Assembly: GCA_013265495.1 (NCBI GenBank)
Contig: MU058213.1
Coordinates: forward strand, 1,302,001-1,366,000
DNA from: Vicugna vicugna
Taxonomy: Eukaryota
Length of the DNA stretch: 64,000 bases
Direction: 5' to 3'
In this document: positions 61,151-64,000 of the stretch, in pieces
Position numbering within the stretch: the first letter of the stretch is position 1
Layout of the letters: each line of letters opens with the position of its first letter
The notes under the pieces: generated by a model
What the model saw: the letters and a program-made list of their open reading frames with translations, nothing else
Database searches by the model: none
Told to the model about the DNA's origin: nothing
Position numbers and translations under genes: made by a program

Positions 61151-64000
61151 TAAAAGCAGCATGTAATTGACTCACAGTAGGATTGGTAATTATTTAAAAT
61201 GCTTATTGCCCATGAAAAGTCCAGGAAGATAGGCAGTGGCTGAAGGTAGTAAGTTAGACTTACTGAAATTCAGATCTGGTTCTTGTTTCATTTCTTACAC
61301 TGCATGGAGGTTCATGGCTTGTCCTGATTTCTCACGGCTTTTGTTTATTAGTTGGGACTCTCCAGAAGGCATTGGTTTCCAACTGCTACTGCTGGCTTGC
61401 TGTACTTCTTTCTCAAAGGTTATTTTCTTCTCAGTGAATGCTTCTGCTACTGGCATCCCATTCAGGGAAGCCTCTAAGGTGTAGAACCTGTGGACAGCCA
61501 GGGGTTTTCACACAGAGACTGACCCGAATGTGTTTGAAGATTCCGTCTTGCCTACTCCAGTGACACATGCTTTCCACAAGAATTGCCAAAGAATTGGATT
61601 AAATCCTTTCTCTTGGCCCTCATTCTTAATAGCATTTGTCTAGACTTTTCCTGCAAACTCGCCACAAAATAACAAAAATATTGACAAAAATAATGGAAAA
61701 GACGGCAATTACCTTGCTGCTCACTCCTCCCTGCCTTAGTTTGTCACAATAGCAGGTAAAACCTATTTTATGGGAGACCAACCCACTGCCACAATTCCTA
61801 AAGTAGAGTTTATTTGCACAGAAAAATAAAGGTAACTTTTTATTTGTCACCTGCCGAGAAGAAATATGATTCCTGTCCTCTTGCTTCATATTAGCCTTCC
61901 TTTTTCCTGCACGTTTTTATCCCATGGTGTCTGATCATTTTACAGAAAGGAGGATTTCTGCTTTTGACCTTACCTCGTGCTGCTGTAACATTCCAATTTT
62001 CAAATGGTCAGTCACCATTTGTTGTTTTTTTGAGGGGGGAGCATGTTACGAAGCTTAAGCATACAAGACTGGCCCATTTTTAAAAAGGTTTGCTAGGTTT
62101 CCTGTGTGATAGTGGCTCCTCGGGAAAGCTATTCTTTCATGCAGCAGCCGCGCCAGCATTGATCAGTGGGAAAGTTCAAGGCGGCAACTCATCAAGCACA
62201 GCTTCAATACCAGATTCCAGACAAGGTCTGCAATAAATAAGAGCAGTAACAAAGAATCATATTTCCTTCTCGCACAGAAAATCAGCAGTGACATAGTTCT
62301 AAATTTCAGGGTTCAGGCATGGTGTCTTCTCCCTGCACTGCATGTTGAAAGCAGGATGGCTTTCCTAAGTTACATCGAGATGCATTTTAACCATCCTTTT
62401 CTTAGAAACAGAATTAAAATGTAATTTTGAATTTTGCAGGTTAATTGGGGATTTTTCAGCTTGTGCACTGATTATCGTTTACGTTGTTCAAATAGAACCT
62501 GTATTGTTAAAAACATGATTTAGATTTTCTCACATTTGCTTTAATTAACTCATCTCCCTTTCCCTTCTGACTCCTCTCCCCCTAATAGTAATGTTGAGAT
62601 TTCCATGTGAACATACAAAAAGAACAATCTTTTGCTCTAAGTAGATAGGGAAATTTTTTTTCAAATGGCAGTTTTATAGAAAAATATACACCCTATGAGT
62701 CCCTCACGGATTATTGCTATTGATTTCTTGAAACGTGGAAATGTTACCAGATGGGGTGTTAGGAATAGGTGTGTGGGTGCAAATGCAGTTTATTGCTTGT
62801 TGACTAAAAATCAGCGAAAACTTCACCATTTGTGTGCTTGTGTTGCATGTAAAGGTGAATTTTAATCCCAAACCAGTCCTTAGATAAAGCTTTGTGTGAC
62901 GCAATAAGCAATATTTTTCGGATAAATTCATATTTGAAAGAAATAAGCTTTATGGTAGACTCAAAACATAAAGATTTCAAGCATTTGTTCTCTCTGGCTT
63001 ACTAAAACACTGTCATTTAAAGCTAATGCAATCAATGCAATTTACTTATTGCAATCAGATTTCTGTTGTGACTATTTTCATCTCCATATCCTCTGCAGTC
63101 TGCTTCTTTGGGCTTCCTCTGGGTGCTCTGCTCGAGGAAGTGTAAATCGAATTGCTGCAGGTTTCTGGAAGCTAGGTGCCTGTGTGCAGCACGCGGCCAC
63201 TGAGCTCAACCCTCAGGGATGCACCCATTAGGAAAAAAGATGCTGACCTTCTGTCACTCTCCCTCTCCTCCCTTTTAATGATTCCTTCTCTATCCTTTTG
63301 AGAAGATCTTTCCAGCCCTTTGACCCCTGTTAGAAGAGAAAGGCTTAAACAGCTAAAAGTACCCTCAATCTCAAGGCTTGCCAAGGAAAGCTCAAGAGGC
63401 CTTTTAGGAAATGCCAAAAGACAGGAGCCTCTGTTTTCAGTGCATGTAGAAGGCAGATCCCACCCCAACACCATTTCCCTCCTCATTTATTTTATAGAAC
63501 CGACCAGTTTGTGTGGGAGAAGGCCTCCTGCCTCCCACCTCACTTGTCAGTGCCACCAGAATCGACACATTTGGAGAGTGGCTGACTTTTAATGATAGCC
63601 CTTGGACGGTGTGAGAGCTATTGTGCAGTCTGAAAAAAAGCAAGGAAAATGTGTGTCTGAGGTGGGTCACTAGGTTGCTGCTTTGTGGGATCCAAATCTA
63701 GCTTTAGTTTTCCTGTAAAAACAACCACTGCTGGGTTGGTTGCTGCTCTACCCTTCAATGGTGTGATACGGAGTGCAGGATTTCTGAAAGGAGGACAGTT
63801 GTGGATCTCCATGCCTGCATGTGCTTTCTGATGTGACTTTGATTCATACAATTAAAATGGAAGCTAATGCTGGTATTAGGGTATTTTCAAGTGGTAGGCA
63901 TTGTTTCATGTAATAGGATATGTGCATTCAAAAATGTAATTCACGCTACAACTCTGAAAGTGGGAACTAGGAAACTGAGGCAAAAAGATAGTGAATGCTG

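Noticed and set aside
1..64000. Assigning a gene symbol to the locus
   Set aside because: No exon peptide matched a protein I can recognise with confidence; needs a database search

Overview
Mammalian genomic DNA, not prokaryotic. It is probably camelid (inference: one Vic-1-like tRNA-derived SINE, and I saw no Alu, Bov-tA, PRE1 or SINEC). The window is repeat-rich (MIR, L2, old L1M, MER20/MER58, ERVL/MaLR LTRs) and contains no recognisable intact cellular protein-coding ORF. The left end carries a CpG-island promoter (~4430-5330) with a candidate minus-strand first coding exon (MAALTTRELAAAGL, strong Kozak, GAG|GTAAGT donor) of a gene I cannot name, plus a second small promoter near 1620-1705. 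Four structures stand out. (1) An inverted, convergent duplicate of that promoter/exon-1/donor module, in which the ATG-bearing part is replaced by an inverted patch copied from ~1.9 kb away and is followed by a tandem NRF1-motif duplication. (2) A chimeric class I ERV ending in a poly(A) tail at the LTR R region, i.e. a processed retrocopy. (3) A ~3 kb TSD-flanked L1 composite with 5'UTR+ORF1 but no sense ORF2 (HAL1-like or transduction). (4) A decayed RTE-clade LINE fossil. Repeat family names come from visual recognition and need RepeatMasker/Dfam confirmation; many boundaries are approximate.
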